From NCBI RefSeq assembly GCF_964194025.1, contig NC_134473.1:73036001-73100000 (forward strand): DNA of 64,000 nt. Reading direction: 5' to 3'. Every line of letters begins with the position of its first letter. Positions within the stretch are counted from its first letter, which is position 1. Below are positions 22,125 through 35,463 of this stretch, piece after piece. Source of the stretch: Convolutriloba macropyga. Taxonomy: Eukaryota. The notes under the pieces were generated by a model, which was not told where the DNA came from, did not search any database, and saw only the letters and a list, made by a program, of their open reading frames with translations. The position numbers and the translations under genes were made by a program.

Positions 22125-24170
22125 AGTTTATTCCATTGCTTGCATTTATAAATTTACAAACAACAAAACATAACCCGAAAGGACATCAAAAGGTAGTTAG
22201 ACCTGTCAGTTGATGCCTTTTAATTCTTCTCAAAGTCTACTTATTTGTTAATTCAAACCCTCTTAAATCATATTTTACCCTGGTAATACCACTTTCCAAT
22301 CAAACTTAGAAACCCCTAAAAAAAGGTTTAATAAGAATGCCAATTTTACAAAAAAAATGCAGCTCGCTTTATTCCTTACCAAAAAAGGTTAACAAAAAAT
22401 CTGTTATCTATATTAAATGAGTCTCTAAAACAATGTAAAAAGTTTGCTAAATCCTGTGCACTAAAATGAGCATAATTTTGAATAATACTTTCATCCATTT
22501 TAGTAAAAACATTATATAAGCGCCTTAATCTATTTATGAGTGACTTGTTTCTTTGCTTCGTTTGCAAATATTTTGTTTTGACTAGATGAGTTCTTTCATT
22601 TATTTGGATATTTTCTTCAATTAATTCCGGAAATGAGTTATTTAATAATTTGCTTGGATGTTCATGGCGGAGAATTCTTGACAGTAATTTTATCAGTTCA
22701 TATATGTGTAACTCTTTAACAGAAAACAACTTGTGTTTACATCGCAATTCGTCAATGCTTCAGAATCTCTTAGCTGAAAATAACAAACGAAAAATTCTGC
22801 TTTGCCGCCACTCTAATTTTCGAAGATCGCTTTTATTGGCAACTCCATACAACAAAACCCCGTACTGTAATACTGGTTGAACGTAAACTTTGTATAATCG
22901 GACTAGTATGTGTCTTTTGAAAAAATTTTTATACTGATAGATTGCCGCTGTTAATGAATTCGTCCGACTAACTATTTTCTCAATGTGTGATTTGAAGCTC
23001 AGTTTACTATCTATGTATACACCCAAGTACATAATGTGGGCGACAAATTCGATGCTGTAATCATAAATTTTTATTTCAGGTGTCTCATTAGTAGCACCAA
23101 AACTTATAGCCTTGCATTTATCTCTATTTATTGCAAACTTATTTGATTCCATCCAAACTGACACAATTTCTATTGTATCATTAATTCCATCATCCACCTT
23201 TCCGTAAATATTTGTATCATCAGCAAATATAATTGAATTACAGGTACACCGCAAAAATGCTTTCAAAGAATGATCGCTGCTTGCTAACTGAAACACATTG
23301 TTGTCTGTTGGTCAAATATGAATTAAGAATGTCATCAATTTTCCCCCTCAAACCATACGCAAAGCATTTTTGGAGCAAAATTTCATGACTCACAGTATCA
23401 AAAGCCTTCGATAAATCAATAAAAACTCCATATTAACTTTCTTTCGAACACAAAGAAATCCATATTGTTTCAACAACCTCCGACACAGCATCAATTGTGT
23501 TTTTCTTTGCCTGATATCCAAACTGAGCCTTGTTTATTACTGAGTATTTGGACAAAAAAGAAATGAGCCTTTTCTGTAGACATTTCTCAACAATTTTTGA
23601 AATAACTGGGAGCAGTGATATTGGACTGTAATTACCGAACTCGTTTTCGTTACCATTTTTGTACAGAGGTATAACATTGGCACTTTTCAGAGTTCTAGGG
23701 AAATGGCCCTCATCAAAGCGACGATTAATTAATTTTGCAAATGTTTCACACACGCTTGGATTGATGAACTTAATCAGTTGATTTGAAATGTTATGCAAAT
23801 CAGAGGAAGTCTTTTTGGGCATTTGCTTGATAATGTCGAAAACTTCTTTGGCTGTGACGTTAGTTAAGAACATGGAATTTTCTAACTTTCTGAACCGGCT
23901 TAGATCTGACGGCAGACTACAACTTTCAGATAGTTTCTTTCCTATTTCAACAAAATATTTATTGATTTCATCAGCTTTCAGATTGTCAATATTTTTTTTA
24001 TTTTCGTTCCCTTAATATCGTCTATTATTGAGAACAAACTTTTAATTATGTTAGCCTTTCCTTCAATTTTTTGTTCGTAAAATTCTATTTTTGCTTTTTT
24101 CGTTAGGTTTTTTAAACGATTACGCAGCTTATTATATTTTTCTCTATTTTCGGCAGACTGTTCGTTCTTT
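22125..24170 (-). mobile_element. 5'-truncated, degenerate CR1/L2-group LINE (RT region and 3' UTR)
   Basis: Fragmented ORF2: YSPISLLPVISKIVEK, QFGY, FIDLSKAFDTV, FADDT, YLGVYID; the PQGS motif region is deleted. 3' stem GGACATCAA..TTGATGCC and AATAAA near 22130. Confidence 0.88.
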
Positions 24171-25154
24171 TATGAAAAAATAATTCCAAATGCATGCATA
24201 GATTTAACTTCGACCTATTTGCTCCCAGGAAAAGAATTAGTCTCGAGTGGGGAAAAATGGGTTGGAGTTATAAAAAAGACTTAACTTGACTTATGAAAAG
24301 ACTTATGCACAACATATGAAAGGAATTTGGCTCGACTTTAAATATGGTCTTCGATTCGACCATTTAATATATACCACAATCATCGACTTATTAAGTCTTT
24401 TCATGAATCGAGACCTCAAATAGGGTTGTTTACAGTTAAGAGTGACTACAAATTTGTCAAGAGACTGCTGGAGTTCAACAATGCCCAGATTTAGAGGTCG
24501 AACAGATGAAAAAAAAATTAGAGATTAAGTGGGGGCGCAATTCCCCCCCCTTAATAACCTGGTCTAAATCAACTAAATATTCTAGCAAAATGTATTGTGA
24601 TATGTCAACCCATTGTTTTACCATAGCAATATTATTGGTCGACCACAATCCCTTTACAAAATGAAAACTTTCATCATTTATTGCCATTGAATGAAATATA
24701 AATAGTTCAAAACATCATTGTAGAGGGCTATTGATTATAGGTTGAAAAAAAAATTGTCTTTGAAAGATTGTTAGGGAAAAAATCAACAGATGAACAATGA
24801 AACAAAAAAATGACCAACAACATTGCAAGGTTACTGGAAGTAAAGCTCAGTTCGAAATTGTATCTTTTGTTAAAACACTCACGTACACATTTTAAAAAGC
24901 CGAAAGTCTGCAGTGCCAGAAGTCAAAATGCCAGAAGTTTCTACTTAGCCAGAAGTTGAGTATCGTTGACTTTCGTCATTTTAAAAGGTGCGCGTTTCGT
25001 GTTTTAAGTGTGGTTAAGTGACTCTGCAGAAGTCACTTCGAAATTCTGACTGAATATCTCGAATCGCTTCGCGGTCATCGATAAACGCCAAAAGTTCTCA
25101 GTGACTTTAAGCAGAGTCACTTAACCTTTACGTAAAGCCACGATATGTTTGCAG

Positions 25155-25221
25155 ATCTTATGTTACATGCCAATGGAGAGAGGCATCACTTTCTTCTTCG
25201 GATCAATCAGAGGCGGCTCAA
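25155..25221 (+). CDS. Putative internal exon of the four-TM gene
   Basis: TTTGCAG|ATC..TCAA|GTATGT; encodes ILCYMPMERGITFFFGSIRGGS; phase 0 in and phase 1 out, matching both neighbouring exons. Confidence 0.55.
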
Positions 25222-25596
25222 GTATGTATACTTTGGGTAAAATTGACCATAAGAGAAGTTATCCGGAGCTCATTTTGCAACAAAGGAGGTCATTTTAGAG
25301 GAGCTCATATTGGTGCCTGACCAAAATCCGGTATGCCCAGATTAAAATAAACGCATCAGAGCTCTTGGACGGTCTGGAGGTGCCGTATTTTGGTCTGGTA
25401 CCACAGTCTGGGAGGGCACCCGGCGTTCAAAATTGCTGTCAGGACAGTTTATCCAATTGGATTTTACCAAACGCCACTATTCCTAATTCCATTACGCCTA
25501 CTGCACCTTGATATTTTCATTTTCGTTCAATAAACCGACTAAAAATTAGTAGTCGCTTTTACACGTGTTTTGAACAAACTTAATGACCCCTATGCT

Positions 25597-25857
25597 CCCA
25601 GGCCGAGGATTTTACCCAAAAATAACGTGGAAAAGAGTGTAAAGAGTGAATAAATTAAAATATACACACCGATTTCTGCGCATAATTTAGGGTGGAAGAG
25701 TGTAATTATAGAAGTGTAATTTAAAAAAAATAAAAGTGGAAGGAGGTAGTGAGGATTGATCTTCCATCTTCCCTCTGTCGTACGTGATACTTTTTCCACT
25801 TCGTGCAGGTAATCCCTTCTAATTAGGGGTGGATTAAGGGTGAAACCTCGGCCCGGG
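25597..25857. mobile_element. CMC/EnSpm-type MITE
   Basis: CT|CCCAGGCCGAGGATTTTACCC...GGGTGAAACCTCGGCCCGGG|CT. Confidence 0.7.
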
Positions 25858-25983
25858 CTTCAACGTGACACGCTTTGACGCGTATGTTTTGAACAAACTT
25901 AATGGCTTTGGCCTTGTTTCAGCAGGCGGGACTTTATATGAAATTATCACAACCGAATTGAGAGTTTTTGAAGTTGAAAACCT

Positions 25984-26783
25984 CCCGGGTTGAAGTTTCT
26001 TTGATTTCATACAAGGATCATATATGATTTCATACTGTCCATACTTGATTTCTTAGTACGATCCTTGTATAAAACCAAAGAAATCATATATGATCCTTGT
26101 ATGATTACCAAAAAATCATATATGATCCTTGTATGATTACCAAGAAATCATATATGATCCTAGTACGAATACCAAGAATCAAACATCTATTTTTTGAAAA
26201 TCTTTAACCATTTATGTTTTTTTTGTTTTTATTTGGTAGGGAATCACCTATATGATACCCCGGCATCACATACCCCGGAATCACAGACCCTAACGGACCC
26301 TAAAATTTTTGAGATACTCTGAAGCCAGTTTATACATATAAATGCTCATTTATAAAAAAAATTAATCAAGAAAAAAACTGGATATCAGGTCAAATTCGTT
26401 TTCTGAATACATTTAAACCACAAAGTTATTCTTTTAGCGCACACAAAGAATCAAATGTGGAGTGCAAATGCGATATAATAATTCAATAAGTCCTCTGACT
26501 ACATTATACGAGAATTTGTGGCACGAGTCAATGTATTATGTGTCATATATGACCTTGTATGAAATCAAAGAAGTTTTTTCAGCTTCAATGGAAAATCAAA
26601 ATTATACAGTTTTTAGTCTTTGAATTTTTTTGTATGATCCTTGTATGATTTCTAGGAAATCATATATGGTCCTTGTATGACTACCAAGAATTCATACAAA
26701 TCATATATGACCTAGTATGATTACTAAGAATCATATATGACCTAGTACGAAATCAAAAAAAGTTGTATGATCGTTGACCCGGG
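25984..26783. mobile_element. CMC/EnSpm-type non-autonomous element with subterminal tandem repeats
   Basis: CT|CCCGGGTTGA...TTGACCCGGG|CT; arrays of ~31-bp AAATCATATATGATCCTTGTATGATTACCAAG units near both ends. Confidence 0.78.
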
Positions 26784-28979
26784 CTTTGTTCACTCGAGTA
26801 CAAAAATGTCTCATTTTCCAACGAAGAAAGGGTTTGTTGCATATTGAGATAAGTCTGAAGATGAAAGCGCAAAACTCTAGTGATTACACCGAAATATAGA
26901 AATTCGAACTTTTGAACGCAAGATGAATGTAAGGATTTTCAGCCTAGTCGCGTAACCTTGCTTGAAATATGCAGTTTGAAGTTTTAAATTTTTGGTGCTC
27001 CAGAATCTGACAAGGTCCGGAAATGAACAGTTTGATGCCTAATTTTTCGTAATAAAAAAGTTGTTGCCCTAGTCGAAATCATTCCTTGAAAAGTTTCATT
27101 GTTGACCAAATTGGCCCTTTTTGAAGACCCCTCTTGAACGAATATGTTTTTAAAAAAGGTGTACTAGGAACTAACGACGTTCTAGTTTTTTGCAATAATT
27201 TTACAGCTAACAAGGTTATCTTCTAATCCAAACTATTAATATGAATTTTTTCCGATATAGAGAATCAATTTTACGGCTGAATGTTTCCACTAAAGAACTT
27301 TCAGGGTAAAAGCGGGATAGTAGAGGGGCTGAGGGGAGGGGGGGGGGGGGGGGGGGTTGAGAGGGGTGAGGCGGAGGTAACAGTCCGTTCCCTCTAGTAA
27401 TAAAGGTCCAATCTTAATTTTGTTTCACATTAAGCCCTATCGAAACTCCTGATAGAAAATGCTTGATCAACTTAACATATGAAATATCCAACATTGAAGA
27501 AGTGAACGTTTTATCCTATTTTTAGTTTTGTTTCCCCCATTGTAATGAAAAAAACATTAACTGTTTTATTTATTAATATCTTTATCCATCTAGAGCTTTC
27601 ATCACAGTTGATCTAACACCGGGACGCAAAATCTTCCTCACGGAAAGCAGGTCACTTTTGTGTGGAGATACTACTAATTAGTTTGACCAAAACTTGAAAG
27701 GATTGCTCCGAAGAAAGAAAGTTTTTTCAGTTCTAAGTAAAACACGCTCTTGCAAGTTATAAAATACCAAAAATTTGAGTGACAGAAGGATCTCTTTCAA
27801 AAAGTACCTATATAATTAGTTAGAAATTGACTTCCATGTTTTTTTTTGTTCTGACAATCGACATTTTAATCGTAAAGAGTTGAGACTGGTATCATTAGAA
27901 AGCTCGCCCAACGTAGAATATGAAATTTAAAATGATATTTTTTATTTTCGTTTTTTTTCAAGGAGTTATCGAGGTTTGAACTTCTGAGAAAAATAGTGTG
28001 AATTCCGTTGTTTTTATTCACATTTTCCGGAATTTTTGCCTGAGAAATATAGTGTGAATTCCGTTGTTTTTACTAACATTTTCAGGTTTTTTTGCCTAAA
28101 ATTCCGTCAATTTTGCTAAGATTTTTTAAAACTTTTAAGAATAGTGTTGTTGATTTTATTTTTGAAGACAAAAAAGCATTGTTGATTATTTTGATTTAAA
28201 TTTTTGTAAAAAGTTTGGGCAAAATGTTTCAAAATTCAAACTTTTTCTTCAAAAACAGCACGAAATAAGCATCTTTAGTCCTTTTTGATCAAGTTTGAAG
28301 GAAGTATAACCCCAAACACCGCTAATACAATCTTTTTAGAATCAAAAGGGAGCTATACCAATTTCAATCTACGTTGAGAATGCTCTGTAATTGAAACTTT
28401 TCCTCTATTTGCTAAGTTTAATCGTTGATTATCAAAACACAGCATTTATTTTTGATTTGTTAATTAACAAATTATCTATATCTATAACATTCGAAAAATA
28501 AAGTGTTTCTAATGGACGAACAACATTAGCAGGGTTGGTTTTGGACCAATCTTGGACTGTTACAATCCAAAAAGAATTTGGATTGTAATCAGTCGGCCTT
28601 TTTTTTGAAAAAGATCTTTTTTACTTTAATTAAGAAACAAAACACTTCAAAACAAAGCTCAGTAATGATAGGCTCAATTGGCTTCCTAAGCAGCTCCAAA
28701 TTAATATATTTAGTTTTTTACTTGAAAGCATATTGGCGTTTTGACTTTTAAAAATATTTGATTCCTAAATAGCTAATGGCTTATTGAACTTTGCTTCTGT
28801 TATTTTTCTTGATTTAGTTTCAGCAAAGAAAAATGCTTCTTGTTTCTACTGATTTAAAATTTCATCTCTATTGCAATTCTACGTCTTAAGTTGTAGTTTT
28901 CTGGCTTTGATACTATTAAGTTTCACAATTTTAGATAATTGCCCATTTTTTACGTTTTCTAGTTTTGTCACATTATCAC

Positions 28980-30030
28980 GTTATTGAAGTTTCACATATC
29001 ACAATATTGGCGTTTAATGTCAGGCCCAGTTGAACATACTAAGATTCTGAAAGACTTAGATTTTGGTTTTAACGGCTTCGACATTACTTGCTTGAGGAAT
29101 TTAAATGAACTTTTCAAATTTTGTCTTTACCTGTGGATTTTACTTTGTCGTTTTAGTCGTACGAAATTTCTTGTATAATGGAAGGTTTCCTTGACTTTTC
29201 AAGAAAAAATAGATGGGCCGATATTCTGATCTTAGTAGATAGCTTATGGTTTTCCTGACTTTGAAAACAATTGTTTTCCAGAATAAAAAAAAATCGTTTT
29301 AACTTCGCAATTTTGTTCTTTTTATTATCTATTTGTTATCTAATCACTTTAATTGCAGGTCGAATATGACATTAGTGGTGTCAAAGGAAGGTATCTAAAG
29401 AATTCGTTATGACTTTACTGGCTTCGACACGGGTTTTTCAGAAAAAATGTAAATTAATTTTTGATTTTTGTCATATTTGACGTTCTTTTTGTAGACGTAA
29501 TACATATTCTGGATCTTTGCAGGTATCAAGGTCCTTTTTGGACCGATAATGGAACCTGTTTAATTATTTCATTTTGTATAAAATGGCCTTCAAAACTTTG
29601 AAAATAATTTTGTTTCGGGAAAAAAGGTATTACCTAAGTCTGACATTTTATTTTTTGTCTACTTGTGACCTTGTCTTTGTAATGAAAGGTCACATACTAC
29701 AATATTTGTTTTCGAAGCGCAATGAATTTTTTTGAGGGCCAAAATATGAATTCACGGCTTCGACAGCGTTTTCTGCCAAATTTCAATTGAATATTAATTT
29801 GTTTGTTGTCTTCTTGTTGCTCTTTTTTAACCGCACCAAAAAATTATTAGGGACAAGTCTGAATGCCCGTCCCGTCAATAGAAGCATTGGTAATTGTAAA
29901 TCTATGGGATATTTTGGTCGATTTTCAATGGTTTTCAATACTTGGGAATTAGTTGTTTAAAAAAAAATTTAAGCGAAATTTGTAACTTTCCTTTTTTTGT
30001 CTAATTGTTTCCTTGCCCTATTATGGACTT
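28980..30030. repeat. Highly degenerate tandem array, ~340-bp unit x3
   Basis: GGCTTCGACA anchor at ~29074, 29420 and 29756, each followed ~190 nt later by an ACTTTGAAAA-like motif and a T-rich ..TCTA(T/C/A)TTGT motif. Confidence 0.55.
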
Positions 30031-31769
30031 GTCTCATATCAATTGTAGTGAGATACAATTTATTTTTTGTTTAGTTTCAATTTTATCTTACGCTCTGTTG
30101 ACTTTGTTATAAAGTTTTGTTTTTTAAAACGGACAAAGTTTTTGATGTAATTATTAATGTTTGTTGTTGTTGTTTGATTTTGCTGTTCGTCTTAACTTGT
30201 TTTTTTAATATTAATGTATCTCATCAATCTAGTGCATCATTTTTTAATCCGATGAGTTATTTGCTGTGGAGGCTATCTTTTCGTTGATACACTATTTTTT
30301 TGAAAAATACTTGAATTTTTGGAATTTTCTATCTGTTCCTCATTTGATAAACAATTATACCAAAAATGTGGATGAGTGAAGTCTGAACTTTATATGCGAG
30401 CGCACATTACTACCAAACCTCCCTGTTATGATTAGTTAGAAATTGACTTCCATGCTTTTCTTAGCGGTTTTAATTTGCATGTTTCATATGCGTGTTTCAA
30501 GGAAAGATATGGATTTGCCTCGCAGGTTTCGTTAAACGATTGAAGTCAATGTGATTTCCAGAAGCATTACAAAGTCTATCCATGAAGCTATCGCAAAAAG
30601 TTCGCTATGGAAGTGCTTTGTTCTAGGTCGGTTCTGTTTCGTTTGCTGTTTGAGAGTTGTTTCAATATTTTGAAATACCACACCAACACACAAGATTTTT
30701 TGCATTTCACGCCAGCACTTGCCGAAGCCGCAGCAGCTTATCGATATTGTTTTTTCGGAACAACAATCTGATATTAGTTCGTTTTTACCCAGTACATTTT
30801 ACAATGACCGAAAATCTAGTATCTACACAAATGCGTGAAAGTGCAACGGATATAAAATTGCGGATTATCAAGACTATTTGAAGATCAGCGTTAACGTATA
30901 TCAGGGCTATCAAGAGAATCAGTACCTAAATGATGTCTCAATTTATTATCAATTGCTCTCTATCGAAGTTTGCATTAATTATTCTTTTTATGCAATATTT
31001 CGCTTGACTGATATTTGTCCAAGCCTTTTGACATTTTGTCCTCAAAAGTGGGATGTACAGGAAACGCCCGTAGAGCATTAAGTTCTCTTGAAGCCTTTCG
31101 CTGTACTATAGTCTCTAATTATGTGATTTTTGGAAACTGTTTAAGATACTTGAATTCATGGCGTAAACTGCTGATCTTAGAGTTTGACCCCTACCACTTA
31201 ACCCCCCTGCCCCTCAAACAACCCCCACCGTCCACCTTTCCAAGTCCAGCCCTCCACCTCATTCTAGCCGTAACACCCCACGCCAGCTCACTGCTGCGCT
31301 CACCACAACCCACCCCTTCCCTCAATTAAAATAAAGCTGGCCTCCCTAAGCCGCAGCTAGTTAATGATGAAGCCAAACGCTCGACAGTCGTTTCAGGTTA
31401 AAGTTAGTCGGTTATGGACTTCGTCTGTTCCCGCGGAAAACAATGGCTGCCTTGAAGCAAGCTATTGGCTACGAAATTGATTTTTTTTGTGGTTCCTTAA
31501 ACATCTTTTTATAAAATTTGGGCTTTAGTGTGGCGTGATAGATTTTCATATAGGAGTTTCGGTTTGCTATTCTTGATATAAAATCTGAGATAAAAAAAAG
31601 AACACTGTATTTCTCCTAATATCTGTAAATGTTTCATTCATAGTAAAATTTACAGAGATAGGCAGTGTAAAATATTGATAATTACAAAAGAGAAACTAAT
31701 AATTTATAATAACTAAAATATCGATCCAATGAGAAGTCATTTGTATTGGAGGGGAGGGACGACATAAAT

Positions 31770-34692
31770 TTAATGCAAAACAGAAAGAAATTTAATTGAA
31801 TTTAAAATGTTTCCAAGTAATTGATCCATGTTGGGTTTTATTTGGGTCCTTCTTGTATTCATTAAGAAAAAACAGCTTATATTTCTTCTTTGCAAGACTG
31901 TATGACATTGACAAATAATTTCTTGGGAAAGAATTGTGCTGTAGAATACCTCTTTTAATAATACTTTTTTCATGGAAATTGCATTTTGAAATTGTCTGGG
32001 AAAAAATTTTTGAGTTCGCTCGTGTATATAAAAACTTGCGGTTGGTAATTTCAAAGTTGAGCTTGAGAAGGCAGGCTTCTTTTTATTCATGATACTATGG
32101 CAGTAAGTGGCAGCCCTGTAATCAAAAAACAAAGAAATAGATAGTATACCAAGGTTCATTTTAAGATCTGAGGATGAGTTAAATTTCTGTCTGTGAAAAC
32201 AAGCTTTGATGGCTCAATTTAACTGCTTTTCTAATGTCGTTATAAGATTTTGATTGATGGTTGCAAGTAAAACAGAAGAATTTTGAACATGACTGAGAAC
32301 AAAAGCGTTCAAAGTAATTTTTTTGTAACCAGTGGGTATTATGTTCCTGAGTGCATATATGCATTTAATGCCCTGGGCCATTTTTGACAAAAGAATTTTT
32401 ACTTGTTTTTGATATTTGAGGTCTTTGTCAATATTAACACCGCGATATTTGATTTCCGCTTTCGAACTTATTAATTTGTCTCCCACTTTTAATGTCGTTT
32501 CGTCATGAGGATTAGAGCTACCAAAAATAATAAACTCTGTTTTATCCGGATTGGTCTTGAGGTGATGTAATTTAAAAAATTGTATGCATTTTTCTATGGC
32601 CTTCTCAAGCTCGTCTTTGCATTTGAGAACTTCATCATGAGAGCTTAATAGGACTGTGTCATCTGCGTATTGTATTGTTTCACATGACAAAAAGTTGCTA
32701 AGATCGTTAACATATAGATTGAACAAGAGTGGACCTAAGACGGTTCCCTGCGGAATTCCTTGAGCCACTTCAATCCAACCCGATTTGACATTATTGATTA
32801 TAACTCTTTGTGTTCTGTTTGAAAGATAGCTCGTAATTAGATTTTGAGCTGGTATCGAAAATCCAAGAATGGAAAGCTTTTGAATCATGAGCTTGTGATT
32901 AATGGAGTCAAAAGCTTTTGATAGATCTAAAAACGCCGCTGCAGTAATTTTTTTTTCGGTTTTGTTGCATCGTATTTTTCAGTTAAATAAACGAGAGCAT
33001 CTGTTGTAGAATTTTTTTTTCTGATTTCAAACTGTGTTTTAGAAAGCAGGGCATTCTTATGAACATATTCATCGATTTGTTGTTTAATAAGAGATTCAAA
33101 AACTTTTGCTAATGCTGGTGTTAACGAAATTGATCGATAGTTTAGAGGATCCTCAAGGTCTCCTTTTTTAAAAAGTGGAGTGATGTCGGCTCTTTGGAGT
33201 TCAGCAGGGAATGTTTCTGTTTTTTTGGTGTTTTTTTGCCTAACCAAGGTGTTTTGTTCCCTAACCATAGGCAGATCTACAGTATAGTTCCTACTTTCAA
33301 AAAATTGTCCTAATTTGCTGAATTTTAAATTAAGTAAGCTGGCTATTTTAGTTTTTTCTGTAATAATTTCATTGACAGAGTTTTTTAAAGAGTATACCGT
33401 AGTTGTCGTTTTCACGGAGTTTCATACTTCGTTGATCAAATTCCATTTCTTGCGCTCTGAAGTTGAGCTTTCAATTAATTGATTATGAAATTTCATAGCC
33501 AGCGCACACTTCGGCTTTCAATTTGAAAAACTCGTGGGTAGATTCTGAATTGAGGTATTGCTCTCTAAGCAGATTTTCGTTACGTGTTTTTTGAAATGAA
33601 CCGTTTGGCAAGGGAAAACTATGATTTGTTGTTTCTTATAAAAATTGTTTTGATTGGCGCATGAAGGAGTATTTGCTGTTCAAGATTTTGCTCAAATGTA
33701 CGTAGCATTTCACTTGGAACTGTAGAGCAGTAAAAAATTTCCCAATTTAGTTACTTGATAGAATCTTTAAAATCTTTTGAGCTGTAATTCGTTTTATCAT
33801 AAATTTGTTTTTTAATTACTTTGTTCTTGCTAAGTTTTGTGGCAAGAATATAAATTGAGCAAAATGATTTAGATCATACGGTTGAATGATTGTTTCTAAA
33901 TTCTGCTTTTCTTTGTTTTCCAAATAATTTATATTATAGTCTCCCATCATAATTATTGTTTTGTTCTCAGTAATTGCTCTATCAATTGATCTAGCAGACT
34001 GCTCGACAAAATTCTTCGTAAAGAAGTTTTTTGGGTTATAAGAAAAGTTTATTAAGTAAACTTTTTTGATCTTTGTCAAGTTATTTCAACCCACAGAGTA
34101 TCAAACAGAGTACTTTTGAAAGCTAGATCAACGCGTAATTTTGGGTTAGGTTTCCTAGGAACAATTAACAATACACCTCCCCCTTTTGAACTCACCCGAT
34201 CGTTTCGAAAAACAAGACAGTTTTTTTGTCCGGGTTTACCAAATAAGTGTCAATCTTTGTATCTAGCCATGTTTCAGACAGACCATAGATGCAGTTAGCG
34301 CTAACATCATTCATTAGGCTTTTTAACTGAAGTTGTTTTCTTGTTATGCTCCGTACATTTAAATGAAGGAATTTCAAGTTGTCTGAATAAGTTTAGCAAT
34401 CAAGGAATATGTCTTTTATCGATTTGATTGGCCCAGGGTTGGTTTCAATATCTCCAGACCTCAAAAATAGCAGCCAAATACTATTAATGTAAAGCCAAAA
34501 ATATAAGTTAATTAAGACAAAAGAAAATTTTAGTGATATTAAAGCTTGCTTCTTGCTCCTGGATTTGGTCTCCGACCAAATTCGAGTAGGAACTGCTATT
34601 GAGTTAAGTGACGTGGGAAAAGAGGAAGTCACTTGAGAACTCAACAACATTAATCCTAAGATTATTAAACATATCTTGTTAGAAAACATTAT
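31770..34692 (-). pseudogene. LINE ORF2 (leader-2A-APE-RT), frameshifted
   Basis: Track fragments 34393-34716, 34192-34377, 33816-34079, 32927-33415, 32214-32888 and 31770-32159 join into one ORF2. Confidence 0.85.
34429..34455 (-). other. 2A-like ribosomal skipping (StopGo) motif GDIETNPGP
   Basis: LLFLRSGDIETNPGP fits the D(V/I)ExNPG-P consensus and lies immediately before the APE domain. Confidence 0.85.
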
Positions 34693-34776
34693 TCTTAACA
34701 AACAGTTGAGACACAATTCATTCAGTACAACAGAAAATTACAATTTATTCGGCATTTTTTTTTGAATTTATTATTA

Positions 34777-35463
34777 CTAATATGCTTGATAACGGTAATG
34801 ATTATTCAAGTTAAAATTAGGGTTTTCACTTGTATTCGGCCAGTACTGCTCTTGAAGTTTTTGAAATCTATTGTTCATTTTATAGCTCCGGTTGGTGAAT
34901 TTATCAGTATCACATATGCCAGTAGATGTTTGAAGTAAAAACATTAGAAGATGATTTTTAAGGAAAGGAATGCCATGATTGTAATTCAAATGTACATTGT
35001 CATGATAAAAGAAATTATAATGGTTGATTTTTGGATTGAAGGAGGGAATTGATCGTATTAAATCATTCATCTTGAGCAAAACAAAATTTTCACCAAGAGA
35101 TGCCAATCTTTCTTTAAGTGCAGCATTAACTTCATCAATTAATTTGTTTTTAGATCTATTGTAGTCAGTTTCTTTGAACGGTATTACCTCCATGACTACA
35201 AACACATCAGGCTGGAACTTCTTTTTACCGGCTTCAATAAGGTTGAACATGTCATCTAAAATCTCATCGCAGCTTTTTTGAAATTTTGAAACAGTATTTG
35301 TTCCGTCTTGAAGAATTAGAGTTTTAAGTTTTTTACATTCATATTTTTCCACAACTTTTATTTTCTCTTTGATGGTTGACCCACGGTAGGCATGGATTGC
35401 TGTATCCAGTGGAATTGTTGCATCACGTTCTAGTTTACCAATGATGCTGCTACCCAGAACCAA
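34777..35463 (-). CDS. LINE ORF1 C-terminal SGNH/GDSL esterase domain (the N-terminal coiled coil up to ~35810 is disrupted)
   Basis: Blocks VLGSSI, AYRGST, LQDGTN and HDNVHL supply the S-G-N-H residues. Confidence 0.8.
   Translation of the reverse strand: MVLGSSIIGKLERDATIPLDTAIHAYRGSTIKEKIKVVEKYECKKLKTLILQDGTNTVSKFQKSCDEILDDMFNLIEAGKKKFQPDVFVVMEVIPFKETDYNRSKNKLIDEVNAALKERLASLGENFVLLKMNDLIRSIPSFNPKINHYNFFYHDNVHLNYNHGIPFLKNHLLMFLLQTSTGICDTDKFTNRSYKMNNRFQKLQEQYWPNTSENPNFNLNNHYRYQAY

Noticed and set aside
25984-26783. ~31-bp repeats that might suggest a CRISPR array (likewise 35921-36038 and 39580-39700)
   Set aside because: Head-to-tail with no unique spacers, no cas genes and a eukaryotic context; explained as TE subterminal or UTR repeats
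30657-31329. Short plus-strand ORFs as extra exons of the four-TM gene
   Set aside because: No convincing splice pair or motif; the flanking exons already join in phase
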